Source: Acidobacteriota bacterium
GTDB taxonomy: Bacteria > Acidobacteriota > UBA890 > WLXD01
Length of the DNA: 64,000 nucleotides
Direction of reading: 5' to 3'
NCBI GenBank assembly: GCA_963666055.2
Contig: CAXWPH010000012.1
Location: forward strand, 288,001-352,000
The notes beneath the pieces were generated by a model, which made no database searches, was not told the origin of the DNA, and saw nothing but the letters and a program-made list of their open reading frames with translations. The translations under genes were made by a program, and so were the position numbers. This document shows, one piece after another, positions 19,430 through 29,773 of the stretch (the stretch's first letter is position 1; each line of letters begins with the position of its first letter).

Positions 19430-20338
19430 TCAGATGTCGTCGAACCTTGTCAGCGCCTGAAACTCGCCGTACCGAGCGGCGATCTGGTCGCTGCCGAGCC
19501 CCCGAATCCCATCGAGGCTAAAGCTCTCGACGCAAAAGGAGGCCAGAACGCTGCCGGCTACGATTGCCCGACGCAGCCCTTCTGTGCTGTGATCGCCGGT
19601 GCTCGCAAGATGGCCCATAAAGCCTCCGGCGAATGTATCGCCGGCGCCGGTCGGGTCGGCAAGCTGGCGCAACGGGAATCCCGGCACGCTGAAGATATCG
19701 CCTTCCAGGAAGGCCGTCGCGCCGTGCTCGCCACGCTTGATGATCACATTGGCTGGTCCCAGCGCCCGAATGGACTCGGCGGCCTCAACGAGGTTGTAGA
19801 CACCGGCTAACTCGCGTGCCTCCTCATCGTTTATGACCAGCATGTCGACGTGTTGCAGGGTTGTTTTCAGCGCCTCGAGCGAGCCCTCGATCCAATAGTT
19901 CATCGTATCGAGCGCCACCAATTTCGGCCTCTCCACCTGCTCCAGGACCGACTGCTGTAGCTGCGGCGCGATATTCGCCAGGAACACATAGGGTGTGTCC
20001 CGGAACTCCGCCGGCAACACCGGTGCGAAAGTCTCGAAGACATTCAGCTCGGTGAACAGCGTTTGGCGCTCGTTCAGGTTGCTGGAGTACTCGCCACCCC
20101 AGCGGAACGTCCGGCCGTCTGCCCGCTCGATACCCTTCGTATCCACGCCGCGCTCCGACAGCACTGCCTCGTGCTCGGCGCCGAAGTCATTGCCGACGAC
20201 GGCCACCACCTGTACTGGACAGAAATACGACGCCGCCACCGCGAAGTACGTGGCCGCCCCACCCAGGACATCGTCAACCCGACCGTGCGGAGTAGTCACT
20301 GTGTCGAACGCGACCGAGCCGACTACGACGATGCTCAA
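19430..20338 (-). CDS. PfkB-family carbohydrate/nucleoside kinase
   Basis: GSVAFD, LGGAATY, DPTGAGDTFAGG. Confidence 0.9.
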   Translation of the reverse strand: MSIVVVGSVAFDTVTTPHGRVDDVLGGAATYFAVAASYFCPVQVVAVVGNDFGAEHEAVLSERGVDTKGIERADGRTFRWGGEYSSNLNERQTLFTELNVFETFAPVLPAEFRDTPYVFLANIAPQLQQSVLEQVERPKLVALDTMNYWIEGSLEALKTTLQHVDMLVINDEEARELAGVYNLVEAAESIRALGPANVIIKRGEHGATAFLEGDIFSVPGFPLRQLADPTGAGDTFAGGFMGHLASTGDHSTEGLRRAIVAGSVLASFCVESFSLDGIRGLGSDQIAARYGEFQALTRFDDI

Positions 20339-21204
20339 CCCTGTGCTCCATTGTCCGGCTCGAGAAGCAGCGCCAGACGGCGCCTAAGCGCTGGCGGGAA
20401 ATTATCGGGAGATGTCATGATGGCACTGGCAATAGCAGCCTCGCACGATGAAGGTGCGTCTGCTGGGAGATTGTTGATCGCTTCACGGAGCACACGCTGT
20501 GCATTGTCGACACTCTTTCCCAGGTTGGCAATCGCCAATTCCGCCGTGACATCCGCGTGCTCCTCGTGCCAGCAGTCGTAATCGCACACCATCGCCAGGG
20601 TGGCGTAGCCGATTCCCGCTTCACGCGCCAACTTCGCCTCCGTGAGGTTGGTCATGCCAACCACATCCATTCCCCAGGAGCGATACAGATTGCTCTCGGC
20701 GCGAGTGGAGAACTGGGGCCCCTCGATGCAGACGTAGGTGCCGCCACGGTGCACCTCGACGCCAACCGTTTCAGCAGCCGTAGCGAGCAGATCTGCCAGC
20801 CGAGCGCAGATGGGATCGGCAAACCCTACATGCGCCACCACGCCCTCGTCGAAGAAGGTCGTCATCCGATTGTGGGTTCGATCGACGAACTGGTCGGGTA
20901 CTACGAACTGCAACGGCGCGATCGCCTCGCGTAGGCTACCGACGGCGCTCACCGAGAACAGATTGCGCACGCCGAGCAGCCGAAATCCGTACACATTGGC
21001 CCGGTAGGGCACGTTCGAAGGGCTGAAGGTGTGGCCGCGGCCATGCCGCGACAGAAACGCCACCGGCCGGTCGTCGAGCTCACCGATCACGAACGCGTCG
21101 GAAGGATCGCCGAACGGCGTTTCCAGGCGCATCTCGTCGAGAACCGTCAGCCCGTCCATCTCATAGAGGCCGCTGCCTCCGATCACACCGATTCGTTTTT
21201 CCAT
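20335..21204 (-). CDS. mtnP: S-methyl-5'-thioadenosine phosphorylase
   Basis: GVIGGSGLY, RHGRGH, EGPQFSTRAES, GMTN..EAKLAREA, DYDCWH. Confidence 0.95.
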   Translation of the reverse strand: MEKRIGVIGGSGLYEMDGLTVLDEMRLETPFGDPSDAFVIGELDDRPVAFLSRHGRGHTFSPSNVPYRANVYGFRLLGVRNLFSVSAVGSLREAIAPLQFVVPDQFVDRTHNRMTTFFDEGVVAHVGFADPICARLADLLATAAETVGVEVHRGGTYVCIEGPQFSTRAESNLYRSWGMDVVGMTNLTEAKLAREAGIGYATLAMVCDYDCWHEEHADVTAELAIANLGKSVDNAQRVLREAINNLPADAPSSCEAAIASAIMTSPDNFPPALRRRLALLLEPDNGAQG

Positions 21205-21232
21205 CCCGTCCTCGACTGGAGCATCATGGCTG

Positions 21233-21257
21233 CCACACTTCCACTACGGCCTGCTAG
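21233..21257 (-). repeat. MITE family A terminal remnant on the recN TAG stop
   Basis: Reverse complement CTAGCAGGCCGTAGTGGAAGTGTGG. Confidence 0.75.
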
Positions 21258-22939
21258 GCCGGCTCGCCCAGCAGGTTGCGGGCATGCTCGCGCACACCAC
21301 GAGATTCGCCGATACCGCCTAGCATGCGCGCCAGCTCATCGATGCGCTGCTCGACGTCGAGCGCTGCCGCCGATACGCACACGCGTCCGTCGCGCTCGGC
21401 CTTGCGGACGCGATAGTGCGTCGTCGCTCGGGCAGCGATTTGCGGCAGATGCGTGACCACGAGAACTTGATGGCTGGTCCCGAGCTCGACCAGCCTCGCC
21501 GCCAGTCGGTCGGCAACGCGGCCCCCGCCCACCCCGGCGTCGATCTCGTCGAATACCAGCGTCTGGGCCGGGGCCTGGCGCGTTTCGGCTAGCTTGAGCG
21601 CCAGCATCACGCGCGAGAGCTCCCCGCCGGAGGCGACTCGCGTCAGTTGGCGCACCGCATCCCCCGGGTTGGCGGCGAGGCGAAACGAGACGGTCTCATA
21701 GCCGCGGCGGCTGGCTCCGGGCGGTAGTCCACCCTCGGCGTTGGCGCTGCGAGGCTTCAACCGAACCTGAAAACGGGCTCCCTCCATACCGAGCTCCTGC
21801 AACTCCGAAGTGATGTGCTCGGATAGTCGCGCCGCTGCCTCGGCCCGCAGCGTGCTCATGTGCGAGGCAGCCTCGTCGAAGCCCCGCACTGCTAGCCTTA
21901 CCTGGCCGGCCAGCTCGGCGATCTCCTGGTCCCGGTTCTGCAGCGAGGCGAGCTCGCGCTCAGCGTCGTCGGCTACCCGCAGGATGTCCTCGATTCGATC
22001 GCCGTACTTGCGCCGCAAACCATCGAAGGTCGCCAGACGCTCCTCGACCGCGTCGAGCCGCACCGGGTCCACCTGCACCAGATCGAGATACGCCTGCAAC
22101 GAGCGGGTGATTTCCTCGATCGCGTAGCCCGCCTCGGCGACGTCATCGCCGCTGGCGGGCGCGCTGGTATCGAGCCGGACAATTCGTTCGATGACGACTT
22201 GCGCACGGCGAATGAGCGCTGCCGCAGATTCTTCGCGCTCGTAGAGCACATCCAACGCCTCCTCGGTCGCCGCCGAGAGGTCCTCGGCGTGTCGCAGCCG
22301 CTGGCGCTCAGCGTTCAACGCCGCCGCCTCATCGACGCCGAGATCGGCGGCGCGGATCTCCTGTGCTCGGTAGCGTAGATAATCGGCGCGCTGAGCACGA
22401 TCGTCCGTCTCCAGCGCCTGTAGTCGGTGTTGCAGATCCACCGCTTCATCCCATGCACTCGCCACGGCGAGGCGCTGTGCGCACAGATCGCCGAAACGAT
22501 CGAGCAGCTCGAGCTGCGTCGCCGACCCCAGCAGCGATTGGTTCTCGTGTTGTCCGGCGACATCCACAAGACGAGTGCCTAGCTTGTGGACAAGGCCCAC
22601 GGTGACCAGCCGATCGTTGAGATAGGCGCGACTGGAACGGCTGCCGAGGGTGCGGCGAACGAGAATCTCACCGGACTCCGACGATAGCCCCTCGTGCTCC
22701 AGCAGCTCGGCGATGTCAGGCCGACCAGCTATGTCGAACACGGCTTCAACAGTGGCCGAATCCGCCCCGGTGCGCACCTGATCGAGTGTCGCGCGGTTAC
22801 CCGTGGCCAACGACAGTCCGCCCAGGATGATCGACTTTCCGGCACCGGTCTCACCGGTGAACGCGATGAGGCCAGCCGGCGGCTCGATAACAATATCCTC
22901 GATGAGCGCCAGGTCGCGGATCCGTAAGTAACTGAGCAT
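21254..22939 (-). CDS. recN: DNA repair protein RecN
   Basis: TGETGAGKS, ASGGELSRVMLALK, FDEIDAGVGG, VTHLPQIAA; true start MLSYLRIRD at 22939. Confidence 0.95.
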   Translation of the reverse strand: MLSYLRIRDLALIEDIVIEPPAGLIAFTGETGAGKSIILGGLSLATGNRATLDQVRTGADSATVEAVFDIAGRPDIAELLEHEGLSSESGEILVRRTLGSRSSRAYLNDRLVTVGLVHKLGTRLVDVAGQHENQSLLGSATQLELLDRFGDLCAQRLAVASAWDEAVDLQHRLQALETDDRAQRADYLRYRAQEIRAADLGVDEAAALNAERQRLRHAEDLSAATEEALDVLYEREESAAALIRRAQVVIERIVRLDTSAPASGDDVAEAGYAIEEITRSLQAYLDLVQVDPVRLDAVEERLATFDGLRRKYGDRIEDILRVADDAERELASLQNRDQEIAELAGQVRLAVRGFDEAASHMSTLRAEAAARLSEHITSELQELGMEGARFQVRLKPRSANAEGGLPPGASRRGYETVSFRLAANPGDAVRQLTRVASGGELSRVMLALKLAETRQAPAQTLVFDEIDAGVGGGRVADRLAARLVELGTSHQVLVVTHLPQIAARATTHYRVRKAERDGRVCVSAAALDVEQRIDELARMLGGIGESRGVREHARNLLGEPA

Positions 22940-23135
22940 CGGTCGAACCTGCTGGGATGAGATGGGCCCGGCAAATATACCGGAAGAGCCAAGATCGGTT
23001 CCGCGACCAGCCTGACGGGTGATACGCATTGATGACACACACAGGCCATCGTGGTACCTTGATGCGGTTCGGTGCGGCTGGGGGGCTCGGCAAACGGACG
23101 TCTTTTTCTGACCTCGGAACGCTGAGGGGACCTCT

Positions 23136-23852
23136 TTGTTGTTGTTGCAGGCCGATTTCATGTCCGAAGGCGTCCTGAGCATCGCTCGTAACCTGGGCCC
23201 ATTCGCCCTCGCAGTGCTGCTGGTATTGGGTTTCTTTTCGGTTCTCTCGTGGGCTGTGATCGTGGATCGCATCCTGCTGTATCGAAAGGCAGAGAAGCAG
23301 ACTGTCAAGTTCCTCGAGGTGTTTCGCGCCAGCTCGAAGTTCTCGCACGTGCGCACCGCCGCGAAGGAGATGGAAACGACGCCGCTGGCGGGAGTATTCG
23401 ACGCAGGGTACGGTGAGATCTCGTCGCAGCTCGAGGGCACAGCGCAATCCGGCCAGCTACCCGGCAGCTCGCGCATGAACATGGAGGCGCTCGAGCGCTC
23501 GCTTACTCGCGCAGCGCACCAGCAGCGTCGCCGGCTGGAACGCGGCATGTTGTTCCTCGCCACCACCAGTTCCGCCGCCCCTTTTATCGGCCTGTTCGGC
23601 ACGGTGTGGGGCATCATGAACGCCTTCGAGAGCATCGGCAGGTTCGGCAACGCCAATCTTGCCGTTGTCGCGCCCGGCATCAGCGCCGCGTTGATCACCA
23701 CTGCGGCCGGACTCGCGGCCGCCATTCCTGCGGTGATCGCCTACAACCACCTGCTATCGCGCGTTCGTGACCTCAGTGGCGACATGGAGGATTTCGGTCT
23801 CGAGTTCCTCAACGTGGTGCAGAAATCGTGGCAAGCGGAGCGCGCCCAATGA
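23136..23852 (+). CDS. tolQ: TolQ (MotA/ExbB family)
   Basis: APFIGLFGTVWGIM, APGISAALITTAAGL..AIPA. Confidence 0.92.
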   Translation: MLLLQADFMSEGVLSIARNLGPFALAVLLVLGFFSVLSWAVIVDRILLYRKAEKQTVKFLEVFRASSKFSHVRTAAKEMETTPLAGVFDAGYGEISSQLEGTAQSGQLPGSSRMNMEALERSLTRAAHQQRRRLERGMLFLATTSSAAPFIGLFGTVWGIMNAFESIGRFGNANLAVVAPGISAALITTAAGLAAAIPAVIAYNHLLSRVRDLSGDMEDFGLEFLNVVQKSWQAERAQ

Positions 23853-24253
23853 AACAGGGCTGGTTCAAGGAAGATGACCGCATCCTCTCGGATATAAACG
23901 TTACGCCGCTGGTCGACGTCGCGCTGGTGCTGTTGATCGTCTTCATGATCACCGCACCGATGATGATCCAAGGAGCTGAGGTCCGGCTGCCGCGAACCCA
24001 GATAATGGACAGCCTTCCGCAGGAGCAGATCTTCATTTCGGTCACCGATCAGGGTCAGATCCTGGTAAATGGCGATGCCGTGCCGCTCGAGGAGTTGGAA
24101 GCCCGCCTGTCGCCCCGCATCACGCCCGGGCGCACGATCCTGCTGTATGGCGATCGGGCGGGCGAATACGGGCGCGTGGTAGCCGTCATCGAGGTTCTCT
24201 GGAGCCTGGGAGCCGACATCGGCCTGGTCACCGAGCCCGTCCCGCGCCGCTAA
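23849..24253 (+). CDS. tolR: TolR (ExbD family)
   Basis: DINVTPLVDVALVLLIVFMITAP. Confidence 0.92.
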   Translation: MKQGWFKEDDRILSDINVTPLVDVALVLLIVFMITAPMMIQGAEVRLPRTQIMDSLPQEQIFISVTDQGQILVNGDAVPLEELEARLSPRITPGRTILLYGDRAGEYGRVVAVIEVLWSLGADIGLVTEPVPRR

Positions 24254-24306
24254 CGGGGCGAGTACATGCCGAGCGGCCGCCCCTGGCCGCTTGCTAAGCT
24301 GACAGC

Positions 24307-25131
24307 ATGAGCTACGCCGAGCAGCAAGCCGTGTTGAACGAGCAAGTGATCGAGCAGCGCTTCCGCGCTGCGGTCATCAGCTCTGCCGCCACGCATCTGG
24401 CGTTCTTCCTGGCGCTGCTGTTCGGCCCAATGCTTATCCCGGTGCCGCGCTACGAGCCGAGTTTCACGCCGGTGAGGCTCGTCCAGTTACCCCCGCCAGC
24501 TGCGCAGCCAGCCACGCCCGCCGAAGCCCCACAGGAGGAGGCTGAGGCAGAGCCCGAGCCCGTGCAGCCGGTGGTCAGTGAGCCCGAGCCCGTGCCCCGC
24601 AGCCTGGCCGAGCTGCAGCGCGAGCGCGAGGCCGAGGAGCAGCTCCGCCGCGACGAGGCGGAGCGGCAGCATCAGGCCGAGCTCGAGCGCCAGCGCCGCG
24701 CTGAAGAAGAGCGCCGCCGACGCGAGGACGAGGCACGTCGACAGCCGCAGCGGGCCGGACAACGTCCCCCGGCGCAGAGCCAAAGCGCCCGGCGTACGGG
24801 AATCGACGTCACCCAAAGCGGCGACAGCGGTTACACGGTCGAGGAGTTTCCGTTCGCCGACTACCTTTATCGGATTCGTGACCTGATCGCGGCCCAGTGG
24901 TCACCACCGCCCAGCGGCCCCTACGGGCTGCAGCGTCGCACCGAGGTGTTTTTCAGACTCGGCAGGAACGGCCGCCTGGTCGTGCAGCCACGAGTGGAGG
25001 ACGGATCCGGCGATACCACGTTCGATCGAGCCGCTATGCGAGCCGTCGCGGCTGCTGCTCCATTCCCCCCTCTGCCCCGCGAGTACGACGGGCAATCACT
25101 TGGAGTTGGGCTTGCCTTCGTTACGGAGTAG
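24307..25131 (+). CDS. tolA: TolA-like protein
   Basis: TM with S..H, E/R-rich coiled region, SGD..FDRAA.RAV..AAPFPPLP; position in tol operon. Confidence 0.8.
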   Translation: MSYAEQQAVLNEQVIEQRFRAAVISSAATHLAFFLALLFGPMLIPVPRYEPSFTPVRLVQLPPPAAQPATPAEAPQEEAEAEPEPVQPVVSEPEPVPRSLAELQREREAEEQLRRDEAERQHQAELERQRRAEEERRRREDEARRQPQRAGQRPPAQSQSARRTGIDVTQSGDSGYTVEEFPFADYLYRIRDLIAAQWSPPPSGPYGLQRRTEVFFRLGRNGRLVVQPRVEDGSGDTTFDRAAMRAVAAAAPFPPLPREYDGQSLGVGLAFVTE

Positions 25132-26467
25132 AACCTCAGTTTGGCCGCTCATCGTGCTCGTGCTCGTGGTCGGTGCAGCATCGGCGCAAGACCAAGACGT
25201 ACAGCTGGAGATCCGCCAACGCGGCGCCCCCGCGATCAAGGTCGCCGTGCCGACATTGCTGGCGGCAAGCGGCGCCGCCGAGCATGCTCAGCGCATCCAC
25301 GCCGTCCTATTGAACGACCTGCAAAATTCCATGGTGTTCGACCTCGTCGATAGCCGCGTCTATCCGAACGCCGCCCCCAACGAGCCGATACCGTGGCAGG
25401 CGTGGAAGAGCACCGGTGCGCGCGGACTGATCCAGGGATCGGTAAGCGTGCAGGGCTCGCTCGTGGTGGCAGATTTCCGGCTCTTCGACGTCGACACCGG
25501 CCGACAGATCAGCGGCAAGCGCTACTCGCAATCCACCGAGGGACTCTCGGCTCCCGACGCTGCTTATCGTGTGCGACGCATCGCGCATACATTCAACGAC
25601 GAAACGGCGCTCAACTACACGGGCGTGCCGGGAGTGGCGAACTCCTACATCGCGTGGGTCTCAGATCGCCAAGCACCGGTGGGTACGCCACAGAAAGAGG
25701 TCTACCTGATGGACTACGATGGCGAGCGGCAACGACGCATCACCTACAACTCCTCGATCTCGCTGTCGCCATCCTTCTCGCCGCAGTCGGACCGGATCGC
25801 GTTTCAAACGTACGTGATGCGCGACCGCTTTCCAAATGCCGAGATCCACATCATTCTCAACAGCGGCGGTCGGCCGCGACCGCTCGTCACCTGCCGCGGC
25901 ACGAACACCGGCCCGGCCTTCTCCCCCGACGGTACGCTGGTTGCCTTTTCCTCCAGTTGCGGAGGCAACTCCGAGATCCATGTGATCAAGCCCGACGGCG
26001 AGGGAATGCAACAGCTGACGCGCAACCCGGCCAGCGACGTGTCCCCCGGTTGGTCGCCGAACGGTCGCCAGTTGGTGTTCGTCTCCGGCCGCAGCGGTAG
26101 CCAGCAGCTGTACGTGATGGACGCGACCGGCTTGAACACTCGTCGGCTCTCGGCACCCGGTGGACAGAAAGACGATCCAGCGTGGCAACCGGTGCGCGGC
26201 GAACTTATCGCCTTCACCGCCTCGACTGGTGGTAACAATTTCGATATTTTCGTGTACGATCTCACGACCGATCGCGTCCATCAGCTAACGCGCAGTCGCG
26301 GCCGCAAGGAGGCACCGGCCTGGTCGCCCGATGGGCGACAGCTGACCTTCGAGTGGACCCAAGGCCCCAGCACACAGATCTGGGCCATGGGCTTTGACGG
26401 CTCGCGGCAGCGTATGCTGACGAACGTGGGTAACAATATGACCCCGACTTGGGGAACCCGCCCCTAA
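25112..26467 (+). CDS. tolB: Tol-Pal beta-propeller protein TolB
   Basis: Signal peptide, TolB N-domain, PD40 repeats (PAFSPDG, PGWSPNG, PAWSPDG). Confidence 0.92.
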   Translation: MPSLRSRTSVWPLIVLVLVVGAASAQDQDVQLEIRQRGAPAIKVAVPTLLAASGAAEHAQRIHAVLLNDLQNSMVFDLVDSRVYPNAAPNEPIPWQAWKSTGARGLIQGSVSVQGSLVVADFRLFDVDTGRQISGKRYSQSTEGLSAPDAAYRVRRIAHTFNDETALNYTGVPGVANSYIAWVSDRQAPVGTPQKEVYLMDYDGERQRRITYNSSISLSPSFSPQSDRIAFQTYVMRDRFPNAEIHIILNSGGRPRPLVTCRGTNTGPAFSPDGTLVAFSSSCGGNSEIHVIKPDGEGMQQLTRNPASDVSPGWSPNGRQLVFVSGRSGSQQLYVMDATGLNTRRLSAPGGQKDDPAWQPVRGELIAFTASTGGNNFDIFVYDLTTDRVHQLTRSRGRKEAPAWSPDGRQLTFEWTQGPSTQIWAMGFDGSRQRMLTNVGNNMTPTWGTRP

Positions 26468-26513
26468 TGGCCCGCCCCTAATGAAACGCGGCCATCGCAT
26501 GGAGGAAACCACG

Positions 26514-27092
26514 ATGTCTAGCCCCGCGAAGCGACTCGCGTTAATCGCGCTCGCGGCCGTGGTCGTTGCACTGCCCGCATGCAGCAAAGACGTCCCGCCC
26601 GCGCCAACGCCCGAGCCGATACCGGAGGCCCCGGCCCCCGCGGCGCCGGCTGCTCCGACAGAGCCGGCCCAAACCGGCGACTGGGAAGAGGCTGATGCTC
26701 CCGAGCAGACCTTCCTGTCGGCAGAGGAGATCAACCGACGCCAGTTGCTCAAGCCGATCTATTTCGACTACGACAAGGATGAGATCCGCGGCGACCAGCG
26801 GGCGACGCTCCAGGCGAACGCTGACTGGCTGCGTGAGCATGCGGACGTCGCGGTCCTGATCGAAGGCCACTGCGATGAACGCGGCACGCGCGAGTACAAC
26901 CTCGCGCTCGGCGACCGCCGCGCCTCGGCAACGCGCGACTATATCGTCTCGCTCGGCATCGGCGCCAACCGCGTCGAGATCGTTTCGTACGGTGAAGAGC
27001 GCCCTGCCGTTATGGGCCAGGGTGAGCAGAACTGGTCGCAGAACCGCCGCGGCGAGTTCGTGGCCACCTCAGCAGGCCAGACGAACGAGTAG
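26514..27092 (+). CDS. pal: Peptidoglycan-associated lipoprotein
   Basis: LPAC lipobox, IYFDYD, EGHCDERGTREYNLALG, SYGEERP, NRR. Confidence 0.95.
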   Translation: MSSPAKRLALIALAAVVVALPACSKDVPPAPTPEPIPEAPAPAAPAAPTEPAQTGDWEEADAPEQTFLSAEEINRRQLLKPIYFDYDKDEIRGDQRATLQANADWLREHADVAVLIEGHCDERGTREYNLALGDRRASATRDYIVSLGIGANRVEIVSYGEERPAVMGQGEQNWSQNRRGEFVATSAGQTNE

Positions 27093-27173
27093 CAGGTTCG
27101 GCAACGGCGGGCGGCGGGTGCGACAACCTCCTGTCCGCCGTTTCTGTTCCAGGGTGCAGCACAGAAAACAAGG

Positions 27174-28013
27174 GTGATGATGAAACGACGGAGCTTGTTG
27201 GTCTCCTCGGTTGCGCTCCTCGCCCTTGCCCCCGCCTGCTCGTCCGGCGAGCAGCGGCTGGTGAACATCGAGTCGCGTCAGGCCGCCCTGGAGGCGCAGG
27301 TCGCCGACCTGCAAACCGCGCAGCAGAACATCACCGCCCGGCTGGTGCAGGTGCGGCAGGAGCTCGACAACTCGCTGCAGCCGCTCCGCACGCAGTCCGC
27401 CGACCGCGGCGAGGACCTGCGCTCGATGGAACGTGAGGTCACGGCGCTCGAAGCCGAGGTGGCCGAGATAAACGCACGGATCGCACGCCTCACCGAGCAG
27501 TTCGCAGCCGGCGGCGGCCCGCCTTCCGAGACGAGGCGCACGGGTACGGCGATGCCGCCGCCGCGCGGATCGCGCGTGACCACTGCCCAGGAGCCAACCG
27601 GCTCGCAGCAGACCGCCGCCACCACGCTGTACAACAGCGCCTACAACGACTACCTGCGAGAGAACTGGGAACTATGCGTGCAGGGGTTCGAAGAGTACGT
27701 GCGTCGCTACGTCTCGTCGGATCGTACCGACAACGCCCGATACTGGATCGGCATGTGTGAGCGAGAGCGCGGCCAGCTCTCCGCGGCTCACACGGCGTTC
27801 CAGTCGGTGGTCCGCGACCACCCGAACAGCGAGCTGGTTCCGGACGCCATGCTCAACGACGGGCTGATTCTTAAGGAGGAGGGTCGCGAACGCGCCGCTG
27901 CAGAGTCATTTCGACGGCTCATTCAAGCCTACGCCGACAGCGATGCGGCGTTCCTGGCCTGCGGCCAGCTGCGCGTGCTAGGTCTGCAGCGTCCCGGCAT
28001 TTGCGAGCAGTGA
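27174..28013 (+). CDS. cpoB: Cell division coordinator CpoB/YbgF
   Basis: Lipobox, coiled coil, C-terminal TPRs (DNARYWIG); follows pal. Confidence 0.82.
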   Translation: MMMKRRSLLVSSVALLALAPACSSGEQRLVNIESRQAALEAQVADLQTAQQNITARLVQVRQELDNSLQPLRTQSADRGEDLRSMEREVTALEAEVAEINARIARLTEQFAAGGGPPSETRRTGTAMPPPRGSRVTTAQEPTGSQQTAATTLYNSAYNDYLRENWELCVQGFEEYVRRYVSSDRTDNARYWIGMCERERGQLSAAHTAFQSVVRDHPNSELVPDAMLNDGLILKEEGRERAAAESFRRLIQAYADSDAAFLACGQLRVLGLQRPGICEQ

Positions 28014-28044
28014 TCGCCGCTGGCGCGATGAGAGGCGTTCCCCG

Positions 28045-28542
28045 ATGAAGCGATTGCCAACCTTGGCTCTGGCCATGGCCCTGGTGCTGACGACCGCGTC
28101 GGCCGCATGGGCAGTGCAGATCTTCGGCGCCACGAATCCCGGCAATCAGATGGGGACCGTCCAGGACCTCCTGGACCTGGGCACGGACATCGATAATAAC
28201 GACGCTGGCAACACCCTCCCCTTCGATCTGGTGGAAGATAGCGCGGTCATCATCACGTTCAGCGCCGAATGCGCTGTTGATGGCGCCGAGCAGCAGTGGG
28301 TGAGCATCGAGTTGCTCGTAAACGGCGACGCCCTGAGGCCCAGCGGGGGCGACCAGGATACGTTCTGCTCGGGCAATGGCTTCGCCGGGTTCAACGACGG
28401 ATGGGTGATGGCCAGCATGACCGTCCCGGCGAAGCTCGCCGCCGGCAACTATGACCTGCAGATCCAGGTGACACCCTCCGGGGGCGCCGCAGCGTGGTGG
28501 ATCGGCGACCTGGCGCTTACCGTCCTCGTCCAGAAGCCCTGA
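28045..28542 (+). CDS. Secreted beta-rich hypothetical protein
   Basis: Signal peptide ending AWA; acidic beta-strand-rich mature region with two Cys; GAGG RBS. Confidence 0.7.
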   Translation: MKRLPTLALAMALVLTTASAAWAVQIFGATNPGNQMGTVQDLLDLGTDIDNNDAGNTLPFDLVEDSAVIITFSAECAVDGAEQQWVSIELLVNGDALRPSGGDQDTFCSGNGFAGFNDGWVMASMTVPAKLAAGNYDLQIQVTPSGGAAAWWIGDLALTVLVQKP

Positions 28543-28755
28543 CGCGGGCACCGCCGAACATTCACCGGCGGCGCCAGTGCCAACCCGCGGCTGGGGCCCG
28601 ACACCGCTGTCCACACGGTCAACCAACCGCCTTGCGACGATCGATGCGACGGATTACCGTCCGGTCACTCTCACTCTGGTGCTCAGAATCGCGGCGTCAC
28701 GCGGCCGTCTCATCAGCGTGTAGCGCCGAACAGCGACTACTCCTAGGGGGGCAAT

Positions 28756-29211
28756 ATGGTCAACAAGGTCATCTTGATTGGAAACGTTGGCAGAGACCCC
28801 GAGCTGCGCTACACCGCCAGCGGGACCGCCGTGGCCAACTTCCGCGTCGCAACTTCCTCCCGATTCAAGGACCGCGACGGGAATCAACAGGAACGAACCG
28901 AGTGGCACACGATCGTTGCTTGGCAACGCCTTGCCGAGATCGTCAACCAGTACGCCCCCAAGGGGAAGCAGCTGTACATTGAGGGTCGTCTACAGACGCG
29001 CCAGTGGGAGGATCGCGACGGCAACACGCGCTACACCACCGAGGTCGTCGCCAACAACATCCAGCTGCTCGGCCGCGCCGGTGGCGGCGGTAGCGGCGGT
29101 GAACACGATGATCCCGGCCCGGCTGGTGGCCCCGGCCCCGACGGCGGTGCGAGCGGTGGCGGTGGCGGTGGTGGCGACGCCCCCATTAGCGATGACGACA
29201 TCCCCTTCTAG
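28756..29211 (+). CDS. ssb: Single-stranded DNA-binding protein
   Basis: [22 protein letters not shown], Gly-rich tail, DDIPF. Confidence 0.97.
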   Translation: MVNKVILIGNVGRDPELRYTASGTAVANFRVATSSRFKDRDGNQQERTEWHTIVAWQRLAEIVNQYAPKGKQLYIEGRLQTRQWEDRDGNTRYTTEVVANNIQLLGRAGGGGSGGEHDDPGPAGGPGPDGGASGGGGGGGDAPISDDDIPF

Positions 29212-29251
29212 CCAGCCGCGGGAGCCGCCGGCGGGGCCAACCCCGCGAAGG

Positions 29252-29279
29252 TCCCGCTCGAGGAGAAATACCGAGCGGG
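29252..29279. terminator. Hairpin between convergent ssb and rnpB
   Basis: CCCGCTCG-aggagaaatac-CGAGCGGG stem-loop. Confidence 0.4.
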
Positions 29280-29311
29280 CCCCGCGCTTGCCTTAGCTTG
29301 CAAACAATGAC

Positions 29312-29682
29312 TGACCCGCGAGGCGAGTAAGCGGGATTCTGTTCACCCGGCCGAAGCCAGGCTGGGAACCATGAATCTGGGACGCCGGTCTCCCGACGCC
29401 TCGTGCAGCCTACCCGGAAGCCGGGCCGGGCCAGCCCATCGCTTCCCTATTTGGCCTTGCTCCACGCGGGGTTTACCTAGCTGCCGGGGTCACCCCCGAC
29501 ACTGGTGGGCTCTTACCCCACCGTTTCACCCTTACCGACGGCCCGAGGGCCGCAGGCGGTCTGTTCTCTGTGGCACTTTCCCGGGGTTGCCCCCGCTGGG
29601 GGTTACCCAGCGCGCCGCCCTGTGGAGTCCCGACTTTCCTCTGCCGATGATCTCGACAGCGGTTCCCCTGCCTCGCGGGTCA
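29312..29682 (-). ncRNA. rnpB: RNase P RNA (class A)
   Basis: Minus strand has GAGGAAAGTCGGGACTCCA, GAAAGTGCCACAGAG, GGTAAGAGCCCACC, ACAGAATCCCGCTTA; terminal P1 inverted repeat TGACCCGCGAGGC. Confidence 0.95.
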
Positions 29683-29773
29683 ATCCCGCACTCTGTCTTT
29701 CGTCTGCAAGGCTCGAGCCCCGCAACTCCTCGCGTCGCCGTGCAGCACGCCGAACACGCCGGTTGGAAGCCTG

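Noticed and set aside
22940-23725. 262-aa N-terminal extension of RecN in the ORF track
   Set aside because: Antisense to tolQ; RecN homology starts at MLSYLRIRD
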